From NCBI GenBank assembly GCA_011364975.1, contig RDOE01000010.1:1-60431 (forward strand): a DNA stretch of 60,431 nt. Direction: 5' to 3'. Positions 9,773 through 19,415 of the stretch are shown in pieces. Position numbers and translations under genes: made by a program. The notes below the pieces were generated by a model. That model was not told the DNA's origin and did not search any database. It saw only the letters and a list, made by a program, of their open reading frames with translations. The stretch's first letter is position 1. Every line of letters starts with the position of its first letter. The stretch comes from Promethearchaeota archaeon. GTDB taxonomy: Archaea > Asgardarchaeota > Lokiarchaeia > Sigyniarchaeales > SOKP01.

Positions 9773-11074
9773 CTATAAGTTATTTTTATATTCAGGGGGA
9801 TTATATAAATTCTTTATCAGAGATTGACAATGTATCATTATCTCTTTTACCGTTAAACCTGTCTTTTTACTTATTTTATTTAGATCTTCGTATTCTGGCT
9901 TGACATTTAAGATTTTGACTTCATTTTTAACTCGAATAAATGCAATTTTAAACGTGATCTGAAACATATGTTGATTTATTTCTAAATTAAGAGTTTCAAG
10001 CTTTCTCTCAACGCATATCCTTTTAGTAATATTGTATCTTACCCCTAACGTTCCAAGTTCATTAACTATTTTGTTAATTAGATTAAACGTATCTTTGGGT
10101 TGGCATAACAACCTAATTACATAACTTGGCCTATTCTTTTTAGTTAGGCTAGATATAACTTGAATATCAAGGAATTTGTTTTTATCTAAGGAATTAATAA
10201 AATGCCCAATTAACTCACCAGATATATCATCGATATTAGTTTCTATTACTGAAACATCCTCTAAATAAGGCTCGAAGTGTCCTAACAATCCTTCATTTTG
10301 AGATAATTTAACTTCTCCACAGAATAGGCGAAGAATATTTGAAAAATTGTCAAAACTTTTTTCTCCCGTACTATATGAGACTTTTTTGATATTCATTTTA
10401 GGCATAAAATCTACAGATATAGGATTTAAATTAACAAGAAGTGCTGCGCCTGTTGGAGTTACTAACTCACTCTCGATAGGACCACCATAAGTTATGATGT
10501 TTGCTCGCTCTAAAATCTTTAATGTAGCCGGTGCTGGCACAGGCAATGTTCCATGAGCTGTTTTTATAATTCCAGCCCCTAAAGGTAAGACGCTACAATA
10601 TATTCTCATATCGCCGCTATTAAAGCCTATTTCATTTAAACATGCTGAAACACCCAATATGTCTATTAATGTATCAACGGAACTTAATTCATGTAAATGA
10701 ATCTCTTCCATTTTCTTACCATGTACATTCGATTCTGCTTGAATCATTGTTCTTAAAACGCTAATAGCATATTCTTTACAAACTTCAAACTTCGGATTTT
10801 CCTTTATGAAGCTCTCCAAAGCATTTAACATAACTTTAGGAGTCCGATGAGATTTATCTTCTTTAATTTTTAAATCTAATTGATTTACTTGAATACCATT
10901 AACTTCCTTTTTTTTCAGAACTAGTTCTAACTTTGAGATATCATCTAAGATTTCCTTGATTTGTTCCAATTCTTTTAATAGTCCTTCTGAATCCGGCATA
11001 AGACCCAAAAGTGAGGCTAAAAGCATGTCTCCAGAAATTCCTGAGTTCGAAGCATCGATATATAAACATTTCAT
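9773..11074 (-). CDS. larC: Nickel insertase LarC (LarC1+LarC2 fused)
   Basis: SGISGDM.L, AE..VHG....IHLHE....DT..DI, AHG.LPVPAPAT, ELVTPTGAA, ETNIDD, KK.RP, KPEYED. Confidence 0.95.
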   Translation of the reverse strand: MKCLYIDASNSGISGDMLLASLLGLMPDSEGLLKELEQIKEILDDISKLELVLKKKEVNGIQVNQLDLKIKEDKSHRTPKVMLNALESFIKENPKFEVCKEYAISVLRTMIQAESNVHGKKMEEIHLHELSSVDTLIDILGVSACLNEIGFNSGDMRIYCSVLPLGAGIIKTAHGTLPVPAPATLKILERANIITYGGPIESELVTPTGAALLVNLNPISVDFMPKMNIKKVSYSTGEKSFDNFSNILRLFCGEVKLSQNEGLLGHFEPYLEDVSVIETNIDDISGELIGHFINSLDKNKFLDIQVISSLTKKNRPSYVIRLLCQPKDTFNLINKIVNELGTLGVRYNITKRICVERKLETLNLEINQHMFQITFKIAFIRVKNEVKILNVKPEYEDLNKISKKTGLTVKEIMIHCQSLIKNLYNPPEYKNNL

Positions 11075-11227
11075 TTCAAATATTCCTTACTTTATAAAAC
11101 CGTTTTGTTTATTATTAAGAAAAAATGAACAATACTAAAAATAATAAATTGTAATTATTTTATAATTAAATATAGTTATTGTAACTAAAATAAAATTATA
11201 TAAATCAATAATTTTCAAGGTATTCTA

Positions 11228-11962
11228 ATGAGTGAACTTCAAACTATCAAATGTTATTTAGACCAGTTACCTGCTACTTTTCTACAGTTATTAGGATTAG
11301 TTCCTCCTCATCAAATTATACCAGAACCTATCCAATCAATCCTAGATCTCTATCAGGGTATTGAAAGGATAAGTATTTCGCTAATTGATAATTTTGGGCT
11401 CTTTGAAATAACGTATCATAAACCTCAATTTATGATTGCTAATTCCGAAGTCATGTTACTACTTTCAACAAAAAATCCTTATACTCTTGGAGTCTTGCAT
11501 CAAATAATGTACGGTGGTTTTGAACCTGACCCAAATGGATTTCATTTGCTGCGTTATTTAAACTCTAATGGAAAAAAAACATGTTTAGTTGGTCGGAAAA
11601 AAGATATAGAAAGATATGATGGAGGAACTTACTCTGTACCTAAGGATACAGATATGGCCACTTGGGTTGAATCTGCACGTACAATCAATAATTATGAGCT
11701 TTCTTGGATGCATTATTTGGATTTTGAGAATTTACATAAACAGCAGCAGGCTTTAAAGCAAAGAACGCCTGAAGAATTGATTGAAAAATTGATATTAAGG
11801 ACTGATAAATGGATTTTAAGTAACTATAAACAGATGAGAAATAATTCTCTCATGATTATTTTAGGAGATCACGGAAGAATAAAACTAGATTTAGAATATT
11901 CTGGCAAAATTGCACAATGGCGTGAAGCTAGTGTTCCAATTGCAATTTTAATAAAAAAATAA
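11228..11962 (+). CDS. Alkaline phosphatase superfamily protein (nucleotide pyrophosphatase/phosphodiesterase-like), divergent
   Basis: N-terminal LPATFLQLLG, ISLIDNFG, C-terminal IILGDHG and VPIAI. Confidence 0.6.
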   Translation: MSELQTIKCYLDQLPATFLQLLGLVPPHQIIPEPIQSILDLYQGIERISISLIDNFGLFEITYHKPQFMIANSEVMLLLSTKNPYTLGVLHQIMYGGFEPDPNGFHLLRYLNSNGKKTCLVGRKKDIERYDGGTYSVPKDTDMATWVESARTINNYELSWMHYLDFENLHKQQQALKQRTPEELIEKLILRTDKWILSNYKQMRNNSLMIILGDHGRIKLDLEYSGKIAQWREASVPIAILIKK

Positions 11963-11988
11963 ATTTTTTAGTTTCTATGAATTAAAAT

Positions 11989-12519
11989 GTGTTAGTTATG
12001 GAAGAATATACTCGCTTTACTATTTCTCTTCCAAAGGAATTACATGATAAATTTGAGGAATTTCGAGAGAAACTTGGGATTTCAAGATCAGATGCTATAA
12101 GAAAAGCAATGCAATCTCTAATGATTAGCGAGGAAAATATTCCTATATCATCTGGAAATGTTGTTGGATGCATTTCAATAATTATGGGTCATGAACACTT
12201 TCAATTAGGGGAAAAACATGAAAAAGTAAATCATGCTTTGAATCATCATAATCATGATTATGGTTCTCGTCCAACTTATGCCAATATTCAGCAATCGGAT
12301 GAAATTCTAAAAAATGATATTCAACATCACTTTCATGAGATAATCATCTCAACCTTACATATTCATCTAGAATTTAATAAATGTTTAGAAATTATTGTTG
12401 TCTCTGGTCCTATTGAAAGAGTTAAAAATTTAAAGAGAGATTTACAAGCTCTAAAAAGTGTTTTCTCTACCGGTTTTTTTATAGTTGATGCCGATTATAA
12501 AGACATATCTGAAAAATAA
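11989..12519 (+). CDS. nikR: Nickel-responsive regulator NikR with His-rich insertion
   Basis: RHH domain RFTISLP...SRSDAIR; Ni site QH.F....ISTLHIHL...CLE. Confidence 0.9.
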   Translation: MLVMEEYTRFTISLPKELHDKFEEFREKLGISRSDAIRKAMQSLMISEENIPISSGNVVGCISIIMGHEHFQLGEKHEKVNHALNHHNHDYGSRPTYANIQQSDEILKNDIQHHFHEIIISTLHIHLEFNKCLEIIVVSGPIERVKNLKRDLQALKSVFSTGFFIVDADYKDISEK

Positions 12520-12828
12520 ATAAAAAGAGACAATAATATAAAGAAGAAGGAGTAAAAAAGAATAAAAAATTCTAGCTTTAGATTAAAAGGGATAAGGATA
12601 AGGCGATTAATTGAGAATTTTTTATTCTTTAAAAGTTGTGTGTGTTACTACAATTATTCCGTTTTCGAAATTTAAGGCTGTATAGAGTGATAATTTTTCA
12701 ATTTCTATGCAATTAAAATTAGTATATTAATTAGTAATTTTTAAATTATCCTTGACCTATTGAAATTAAAGTTAATTTTAAAAAAATAATAGAATTAGAA
12801 AAAAAATTGAGTTTTGAAATTATCAACT

Positions 12829-13038
12829 CTATAAATCTTTTTCTTGTACAGTCTTTCGACCATTAGCTTTAGCCCTTCCAATAGCTTTGTCAAGGATGCC
12901 AATTATTGCGTCATTAAGTGCAGGTCCATCAATGAGGTCTCCACTTGTGTTGCATCCTTTGGATTTGATATAATCTCTTACTTTGCTTTTAACGAAAAGG
13001 GCTTCTACTCCACCAGCCGCAGCTGCTTTTTTAGCCAT
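12829..13038 (-). CDS. Histone-fold protein, alpha3 (Bd0055/HTkC-like) type
   Basis: VKSKVRDYIK...NTS...L...I..ILDKAI.RAKANGRKTVQEKDL; GGAGGA SD just upstream. Confidence 0.85.
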   Translation of the reverse strand: MAKKAAAAGGVEALFVKSKVRDYIKSKGCNTSGDLIDGPALNDAIIGILDKAIGRAKANGRKTVQEKDL

Positions 13039-13248
13039 TTTTTATTCCTCCATTTATTGTTTAAAAATGTTTTAAAAATAAATTTGTATTTAAAATATAT
13101 TTCTTCTTGCTTATATTTAAATTTAGTTGAAAAAACATCATAGAAGGTTAATATTGTCAGTCTAGATGCATTATTTGCAGAGACCTAAAAAATTAGCAAA
13201 GGGAATCGGAAGTACCCAAATTATAGAATTTTTATTAGAAAAAGTAAT

Positions 13249-14754
13249 CTAATTAAGCTTAATTCCCCCAATATTTACATTTTCAGCTCCTCCCTCTAAA
13301 TCCTCTGACTTAATGTAGTCTTCTAAACTTCTAGATGCTATAAGTTTGTAATAATTTTTTAATTCTTTATCAACAGGTTCTGAAAGCTTGGAATCTCTCT
13401 CTTGTTGAAGTATTTGATGGACCAATGATTTAGCTTTATTCATAATAGTTTTGTCTCCTTCGTTTGTGTGATTTACATTAATCATAGATTCAAATATTTT
13501 TTTATGAAAAATTTCTTTATCGATCTTTTTCATTTTTTCTTTTAATCTCATTGAGCTATTATTTTCGCCAATTATATCTTTTTGTTGACTTAAATCTAAA
13601 GCTTTTTTATTAAGATAACCCTTTTGAAGAACTTTAGTAATAATGTCAATGAATTCATTATCAATCACTAATAATTCTAAGGTTTCAGATAATAATGACT
13701 CATAAGTACCTGCGCAAGTAATATAGTTATGACCTGCAGCTATTGCTGTATATAATGTAACAAATCGCTCAAAACCATTTTGTATATCGAATAACTTTGA
13801 ATCTGTGAGTGAACCTGAACCCTTTGAAGGGATATTATAAAAATGAGCTAATTGAGCAGAAGCTATAGTTATAAGTGAAAACTCCATACTTCCATAAGCA
13901 ACATTACCCGATAATGGATCTAAGATAGTATTAGTTGATCCATATAACACTGGAGTTCCGGGATTAATCAGTTGTGTTAAAATAATAGACGATAATACTT
14001 CCATATTTGCTTGTACAAGTGTTCCCGCTAGTGTCACTGGTGATGTCGAGCCTGCACTCGCTGCAGCACTAATCAATAAGGGTTGATTAAATTTTGCAAA
14101 CACAAATAACCCATTTAAAAGAATTTTTGGTAAAGTTAAAGGTGATAAGGGATTAAAAATACCAAGCAAACGAGGTTTATTTCTCAAATTACCTTCGTCC
14201 TCGACTATAATTGAAAGCATATTCATCATATCTTCAGAAGCAACTCGTCCATAGCAAGACATTCCATATGGCTTATTACTAAATTTTGCCCAATTAGAAA
14301 TTGTATGATAATGAATTTCAGTGAAAGGAATATCATGAGGCCATACATCAACATGAGAACAATTTATATGTTCTAATTCATTAACTACTCGAATGTGGTC
14401 AATTGCATCTTTTAGACTAGTTTTCCGAATTAATTTTTTTCGAGATGGATCATTGATATTGACTGCAGCACCCATTGTAGCAAAGACTGAATTAGACGTA
14501 TCTACCTTTAACTGATATGAGCCATCGGGGCCAAATAGGGAAAAGCTTTTAGGTATCTTCATTAAGGAGTGTTTAATTAAAAATTCTGGAATGTAAACAA
14601 AGTTGGTTTTTTTATTTACTTTTGCACCATTCTTCTCAAATAGATCTAAGGCTTCTTTAGATTCCACCTTAATTCCTACTTGTTCTAATAATTCAATCGT
14701 AGCGTTATGTATTCTCTGAATTTCATTTTGATTTAAAACTTCTAATTTATTCAT
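13249..14754 (-). CDS. MttB-superfamily trimethylamine/quaternary amine:corrinoid methyltransferase, non-pyrrolysine
   Basis: IH.AT..LLE.VGI, SPL, PVTLAGTLVQ.N.E.L, QLA.FY.IP...GSLTDSK..D.Q.G.E; Leu at the position equivalent to Pyl. Confidence 0.9.
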   Translation of the reverse strand: MNKLEVLNQNEIQRIHNATIELLEQVGIKVESKEALDLFEKNGAKVNKKTNFVYIPEFLIKHSLMKIPKSFSLFGPDGSYQLKVDTSNSVFATMGAAVNINDPSRKKLIRKTSLKDAIDHIRVVNELEHINCSHVDVWPHDIPFTEIHYHTISNWAKFSNKPYGMSCYGRVASEDMMNMLSIIVEDEGNLRNKPRLLGIFNPLSPLTLPKILLNGLFVFAKFNQPLLISAAASAGSTSPVTLAGTLVQANMEVLSSIILTQLINPGTPVLYGSTNTILDPLSGNVAYGSMEFSLITIASAQLAHFYNIPSKGSGSLTDSKLFDIQNGFERFVTLYTAIAAGHNYITCAGTYESLLSETLELLVIDNEFIDIITKVLQKGYLNKKALDLSQQKDIIGENNSSMRLKEKMKKIDKEIFHKKIFESMINVNHTNEGDKTIMNKAKSLVHQILQQERDSKLSEPVDKELKNYYKLIASRSLEDYIKSEDLEGGAENVNIGGIKLN

Positions 14755-14893
14755 CTCTTATAAAAAATTTATTTTTTTACTAGTTTTATTTATTATCATT
14801 GAAAAAACGTTATTTAATAAAACTTTTAAATTGTTAGAAAATAGCTCTGATTAAAATATGCTTATGTTAGAATTAAGTAATGAGTAGAAAATT

Positions 14894-15880
14894 ATGATAT
14901 TATCAAGAGCTCCCGTAAGGATTTTAGACATTGGAGGATGGACGGATACTTGGTTCTGTCCTAATGGTGCTGTCTTTAATCTATGCATTGATTTATATAG
15001 TTATTCTAAAATTTCTCAGAACTATCTCAATAAAACAAGGATATTTGCCGAAAACCTTGATCAAAGTGTCGAATTTAGTGGTATTAATAATATTGTATAT
15101 GATGGAAAACTTGATCTTTTAAAAGCTGCAATCAAAAAAATGGATATAAGAACAAATTTAGATATCTATATTAGAACAGAAGCTCCTCCTGGATGTGGAA
15201 CAGGAACAAGTGCGAGTGTAGCAGTATCACTAATTTCTGGGTTAGCATTTTTCTCAAAAAGAAAAATTAATCGCCATCAAATTGCTCAATTTGCTCATAA
15301 ACTCGAAATTGAAGAATTAAATTTAGAGAGTGGTGTACAGGATCAGTTTGCTGCTTCTTATGGTGGTATAAACTTTATGAATATTAATTATCCAAATGTA
15401 AAAATAACTAAAATTAATATTGATAAAAAGAAAATAGCCTTGCTCGAAAACTTATTAATATTAATATATTTTGGCTCAAGAAGTTCTAGTGAAATGCATA
15501 AAGCAGTCATTAAGAATTATCTTAAAAAGGACCAAAAAGTTATTTTTTCTTTTGAAAAGATGAAAGAATGTGCTTATGAAATGAAAAGAGCAATAAAATT
15601 AGATATTAGCGATATAGGTAGAATAATGAATAAGAACTGGGACGCTCAAAAAGAGTTACATTCATTAATGACGAATGATATCATCAAAAAAGCTGAAGAA
15701 ATTGCACATCACCATGGTGCTTTAGGATTTAAGTGTAATGGTGCTGGAGGAGGTGGTTCCGCAACAATTTTAGCAGATGTTGGGCGAGAATATCAATTGA
15801 AGAAGGAGTTAGTAGAAAATAATTTTACAATCCTTCCATTTAAACTTAATTTTGATGGAGTTTACTCCTTTTCACGTTAA
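14894..15880 (+). CDS. GHMP kinase (HddA/heptose-7-phosphate kinase-like)
   Basis: RAP.RI...GG.TD, PPGCGTGTSAS, G.QDQ.AA.YGG, GAGGGG. Confidence 0.85.
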   Translation: MILSRAPVRILDIGGWTDTWFCPNGAVFNLCIDLYSYSKISQNYLNKTRIFAENLDQSVEFSGINNIVYDGKLDLLKAAIKKMDIRTNLDIYIRTEAPPGCGTGTSASVAVSLISGLAFFSKRKINRHQIAQFAHKLEIEELNLESGVQDQFAASYGGINFMNINYPNVKITKINIDKKKIALLENLLILIYFGSRSSSEMHKAVIKNYLKKDQKVIFSFEKMKECAYEMKRAIKLDISDIGRIMNKNWDAQKELHSLMTNDIIKKAEEIAHHHGALGFKCNGAGGGGSATILADVGREYQLKKELVENNFTILPFKLNFDGVYSFSR

Positions 15881-15953
15881 CAGTTTTCTATTAATTTAAA
15901 GCATTTGATATTAAAAGTAAGTGCTTTTTATATTTTGATAGCAAAATACAAAT

Positions 15954-16769
15954 ATGGTTTTACCTGATAATTCAAAAACTATTCAAAAAATTAAAAGAAC
16001 GACTGGGAAGGGCAGTATTCATAACTTATTTATATTTAATAAGTCTGGTATATGTATCTATGGCTTAAACTTAACAAACTTATATCCACTAGAGCAGGAA
16101 CAATTAATCTCCTCTTATTTTACCGCTTTAATGTCGTTTACTAAAGAATTAATTGGAAACGACATAAAAGCAGTAGAAATGGGAAAAGATATAAAATTAG
16201 TTGTCTTTGAGAAAAAAAACCTCTATTTTACTCTTCTCTGTGATTCTATTGAAAACAATATTTCACTCGAAAACTTAATATTAAGAATATATACCAAGTT
16301 TACAGAGTTCGTTTTAAAGAATAAAATAAAAACCGATTTGGAATATATATGCGATAATGAATTAGACTTTATTATTGGAGAGGTGATTGATGAAGTTTTC
16401 AGCAGCGGGTTTGACATAAAGAAAGAAAAGGTAATCATAAAAACTTTAAAGAAATTAAATGAGAATGATGAAATTAACGGTGTACTTTTGTTAACAAATA
16501 GAGGGAAGGTAATATTTTCTTCATTAGTTGATAAAAATTTAATATATTTCCTCAAAGAAGTAGATTTTCGAGTTAAAATATGTAACAATTCAATTTTAAA
16601 AATGTTTTATACCTCAAAGCATGGAGAACTTATTTTTTCCGAATATATTAATGATTTATACATTATTATGCTCATTTTTGATTCAAAAACACGATTCGGA
16701 ATTGCTGAATTTTATTTACAAAAACTTGTAAGGAAAATAGAAACCATTTTAATTAATGACATTAGTTAA
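15954..16769 (+). CDS. Longin-like plus roadblock-like domain protein (putative eukaryotic signature protein)
   Basis: IHNLFIFNKSGICIY...LISSYFTALMSF..E (longin-like) followed by INGVLLLTNRGKVIFSSL (roadblock-like). Confidence 0.65.
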   Translation: MVLPDNSKTIQKIKRTTGKGSIHNLFIFNKSGICIYGLNLTNLYPLEQEQLISSYFTALMSFTKELIGNDIKAVEMGKDIKLVVFEKKNLYFTLLCDSIENNISLENLILRIYTKFTEFVLKNKIKTDLEYICDNELDFIIGEVIDEVFSSGFDIKKEKVIIKTLKKLNENDEINGVLLLTNRGKVIFSSLVDKNLIYFLKEVDFRVKICNNSILKMFYTSKHGELIFSEYINDLYIIMLIFDSKTRFGIAEFYLQKLVRKIETILINDIS

Positions 16770-16876
16770 ATTATACCTAAAATTGATTATGTACATATTT
16801 TTTATTAATTAAAAAAGAGTAAGTATAAGTACTTTCCATCTTTGATTCCTCTACTAATTCAATAAAGGTAATTAGA

Positions 16877-17170
16877 TTGGATAATAAGGAATTAATGAAA
16901 CTTTTAGCTATGTTAGGTGGTATTATTGCACTTATTGAAGCAATAGCAGGTTTTTTTGGATGGGGGTTCTATGGATGGGGCATATTCTCTTCTATTGTTG
17001 CTATTATAATAGCTATTGTTGTTCTATTAAGTGTGTTTCGACCAGATAATCCTATCCCATATAATGCAATGTTTTTAATTATATTTGGCATAATAATGAT
17101 TGTTTTTAGCAGTATATTCGGTGGGATCTTAGTATTAATTGGTGGGATACTTGGTTATGTGAACAAATAA
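16877..17170 (+). CDS. Small Gly-rich membrane protein
   Basis: 97 aa, 3-4 hydrophobic helices, followed by a T-tract. Confidence 0.7.
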   Translation: MDNKELMKLLAMLGGIIALIEAIAGFFGWGFYGWGIFSSIVAIIIAIVVLLSVFRPDNPIPYNAMFLIIFGIIMIVFSSIFGGILVLIGGILGYVNK

Positions 17171-17272
17171 TTATCTTTTTCTTTTTTTTCTTTTTAAAAT
17201 TATGTATTATAAAACGCAACTTAAAATATTCCTAAATATAGAAATATCATAAAACATAATTAAGGGAGAATT

Positions 17273-17779
17273 ATGAAGGAAAAATCAATTGAGGATTTAA
17301 AAGCAGCCTTTGCGGGAGAATCTCAAGCTAATAGGAAATATCTTGCTTTTGCTAAAAAAGCAGAACAAGAGGGATTTCCAGGTGTGGCAAAATTATTTCG
17401 TGCTGCAGCAGAAGCAGAAACAGTACATGCTCATAATCACTTAAGAGCAATGAATGGGATTAAATCTACTCTTGAAAATCTCAAAGAAGCTATTGGTGGA
17501 GAATTTTATGAATTTACAAAAATGTATCCTGAATTCATCGATGATGCGAAAAATGAGAATAATGATACTGCCAAAAGAACCTTCAACTATGCAAATGAAG
17601 TGGAAAAGATTCATCATAAATTATATGAGACCGCTTTAAAAGCAGTTGAAAATGGAAAAGACATAGAACCTAAAACTATGTATGTTTGTTCTGTTTGTGG
17701 ATATACTCATGAAGGTGAACCACCAGAAAAGTGTCCCGTATGTAGTGCAACAAAAAAAGCATTTAATAAAGTTAATTAA
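17273..17779 (+). CDS. rbr: Rubrerythrin
   Basis: AFAGESQA, E..HA, E..E, E..H di-iron motifs; C-terminal CSVCGY...CPVC rubredoxin domain. Confidence 0.95.
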   Translation: MKEKSIEDLKAAFAGESQANRKYLAFAKKAEQEGFPGVAKLFRAAAEAETVHAHNHLRAMNGIKSTLENLKEAIGGEFYEFTKMYPEFIDDAKNENNDTAKRTFNYANEVEKIHHKLYETALKAVENGKDIEPKTMYVCSVCGYTHEGEPPEKCPVCSATKKAFNKVN

Positions 17780-17786
17780 TTTTTCT

Positions 17787-19400
17787 TTATTTTTCTATTA
17801 TTCCTATAGTCCAAGGATTATATCCATTTTGAATTTTCTTAAAGTAATCATCAGTATCGAAATTTAATTCCGTTTCTACAGCTCTTAAAGCTCCTCTTGT
17901 AGCTCCTCTTAAATAATAATTTATCATTAAATCTGTTATATTTTCATTCCCTAAAGAAATAAGAGTTTGCAGTTTAGCATCATCCACTTCCCTTCTAATA
18001 TCACCTATTTTCAAATTAATTGATTTTATTGGTCTTAATTCTCTTTCTAATTTCTGGAACCTTAATTTCAATGAATTAAAGTTTTCAGATGTATAAAAAC
18101 GACAACTTGATTGATAAGGTGTATTTAATTTTGGAATGAAAGGATTAATATTGACTTTTAGTTGGTTTTTATTAAACCCAATTTTATCAATACTTTTCAT
18201 CAGATCAATAATTCCTTCAATTTCTTCATCATTTTCATTTGGTAAACCTATAAGGAAATAAAATTTTACATTTTTAATTTTGGAGGCTTTAATTAAATTT
18301 AAAACTTCAATTACTTTGTCATTTGTTATTTTCTTACCAATTTCAAATCTTAAGGAATCCAAACCTGTTTCTGGAGCAATTGTGATTGTTTTAATATTAC
18401 TTTTCTCAAAAACTTCAATTAATTGTGGCGTGATATGGTCAATTCTAATAGAAGGGACGCTAAATTTCTTTCCTTTTTCAATAATATAATTTAATATCTT
18501 AAGAAATTTAGGATGGGATGAAACACATGATCCAATCAAACTAAATTTTTGAAAGTCCGTTAATTCAATAGCGTTATCAACAATTTCAGCTATTTTTTCA
18601 TAACTTCTATTCCTAAAGGGATAATTATGGAATGATGAGATACAAAATTTACATTTAAAAGGGCACCCTCTATTGATTTCAATAAAATAATTTTGTTCGA
18701 ATATTTGTTTTTTAGAATCAGAACTAACTACTAATTGAAATATTGGTGCTGGTGATTCATCTAAATTTTTTAATACCATTCTTTTAACAGAATTATTACA
18801 TTTAGGAATAAATATTCCTTCAATATTTTTGAGACCTTCGAAGAATTGAGAATAATTTATAGTGTTGGTTTTATATTCAATATATTTATTCAAAAAAGGA
18901 TACAAATTAGGTTCAGCATCACCAATAAAAAAACAGTCAAAAATTTTACTTAATGGCAAAGGATTTGAAGTTACTGCTGGTCCACCGCCAACTATTAAAG
19001 GATATTTATGATGATTCTCATTATTTAATTTATATCTAATATCAGAATAAAAGGGGATTTTAGCTTTATCTAAAAACCATAAAATATTTTTAAAGTCATT
19101 TTCAAAATGTATAGAAAACCCTAATATATCAAAATCGTTTGGTAAATTACTATTTTCAAAACTTCTAATAATTTCTTTAGAAAAGTAATCTTCTGATGCC
19201 GGATACTTTATTTTTTCTGGAAGAAAAAATCTTTCACATACAAAATTTTTTTCATTATTAATAATGGAATAAATTAATCGGATTGAATAAGAAGAAATTC
19301 CTAATTCATAGTGATTAGGATAAATCAAACCAAAAGATAAATCCATATATCGCCAATCTTTCTTTATCACACCTTTTTCGTATAACAAATAAAAAACCAT
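17787..19400 (-). CDS. Radical SAM protein (YgiQ/TIGR03960-like)
   Basis: YPN.Y.LG.S, GGPAVTSNP.P, RGCPFKCKFC, TIAPETG, YFLIGLPNE; start may be the internal MDLSFG. Confidence 0.85.
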   Translation of the reverse strand: MVFYLLYEKGVIKKDWRYMDLSFGLIYPNHYELGISSYSIRLIYSIINNEKNFVCERFFLPEKIKYPASEDYFSKEIIRSFENSNLPNDFDILGFSIHFENDFKNILWFLDKAKIPFYSDIRYKLNNENHHKYPLIVGGGPAVTSNPLPLSKIFDCFFIGDAEPNLYPFLNKYIEYKTNTINYSQFFEGLKNIEGIFIPKCNNSVKRMVLKNLDESPAPIFQLVVSSDSKKQIFEQNYFIEINRGCPFKCKFCISSFHNYPFRNRSYEKIAEIVDNAIELTDFQKFSLIGSCVSSHPKFLKILNYIIEKGKKFSVPSIRIDHITPQLIEVFEKSNIKTITIAPETGLDSLRFEIGKKITNDKVIEVLNLIKASKIKNVKFYFLIGLPNENDEEIEGIIDLMKSIDKIGFNKNQLKVNINPFIPKLNTPYQSSCRFYTSENFNSLKLRFQKLERELRPIKSINLKIGDIRREVDDAKLQTLISLGNENITDLMINYYLRGATRGALRAVETELNFDTDDYFKKIQNGYNPWTIGIIEK

Positions 19401-19415
19401 GTTGATTAATGTATT

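Noticed and set aside
12586-12603. Short direct repeat agggataa x2
   Set aside because: Only two copies, between convergent genes; compatible with chance.
13249-14754. Pyrrolysine recoding in MttB
   Set aside because: The ORF is uninterrupted, has Leu at the Pyl position, and no pyl genes are in the window.
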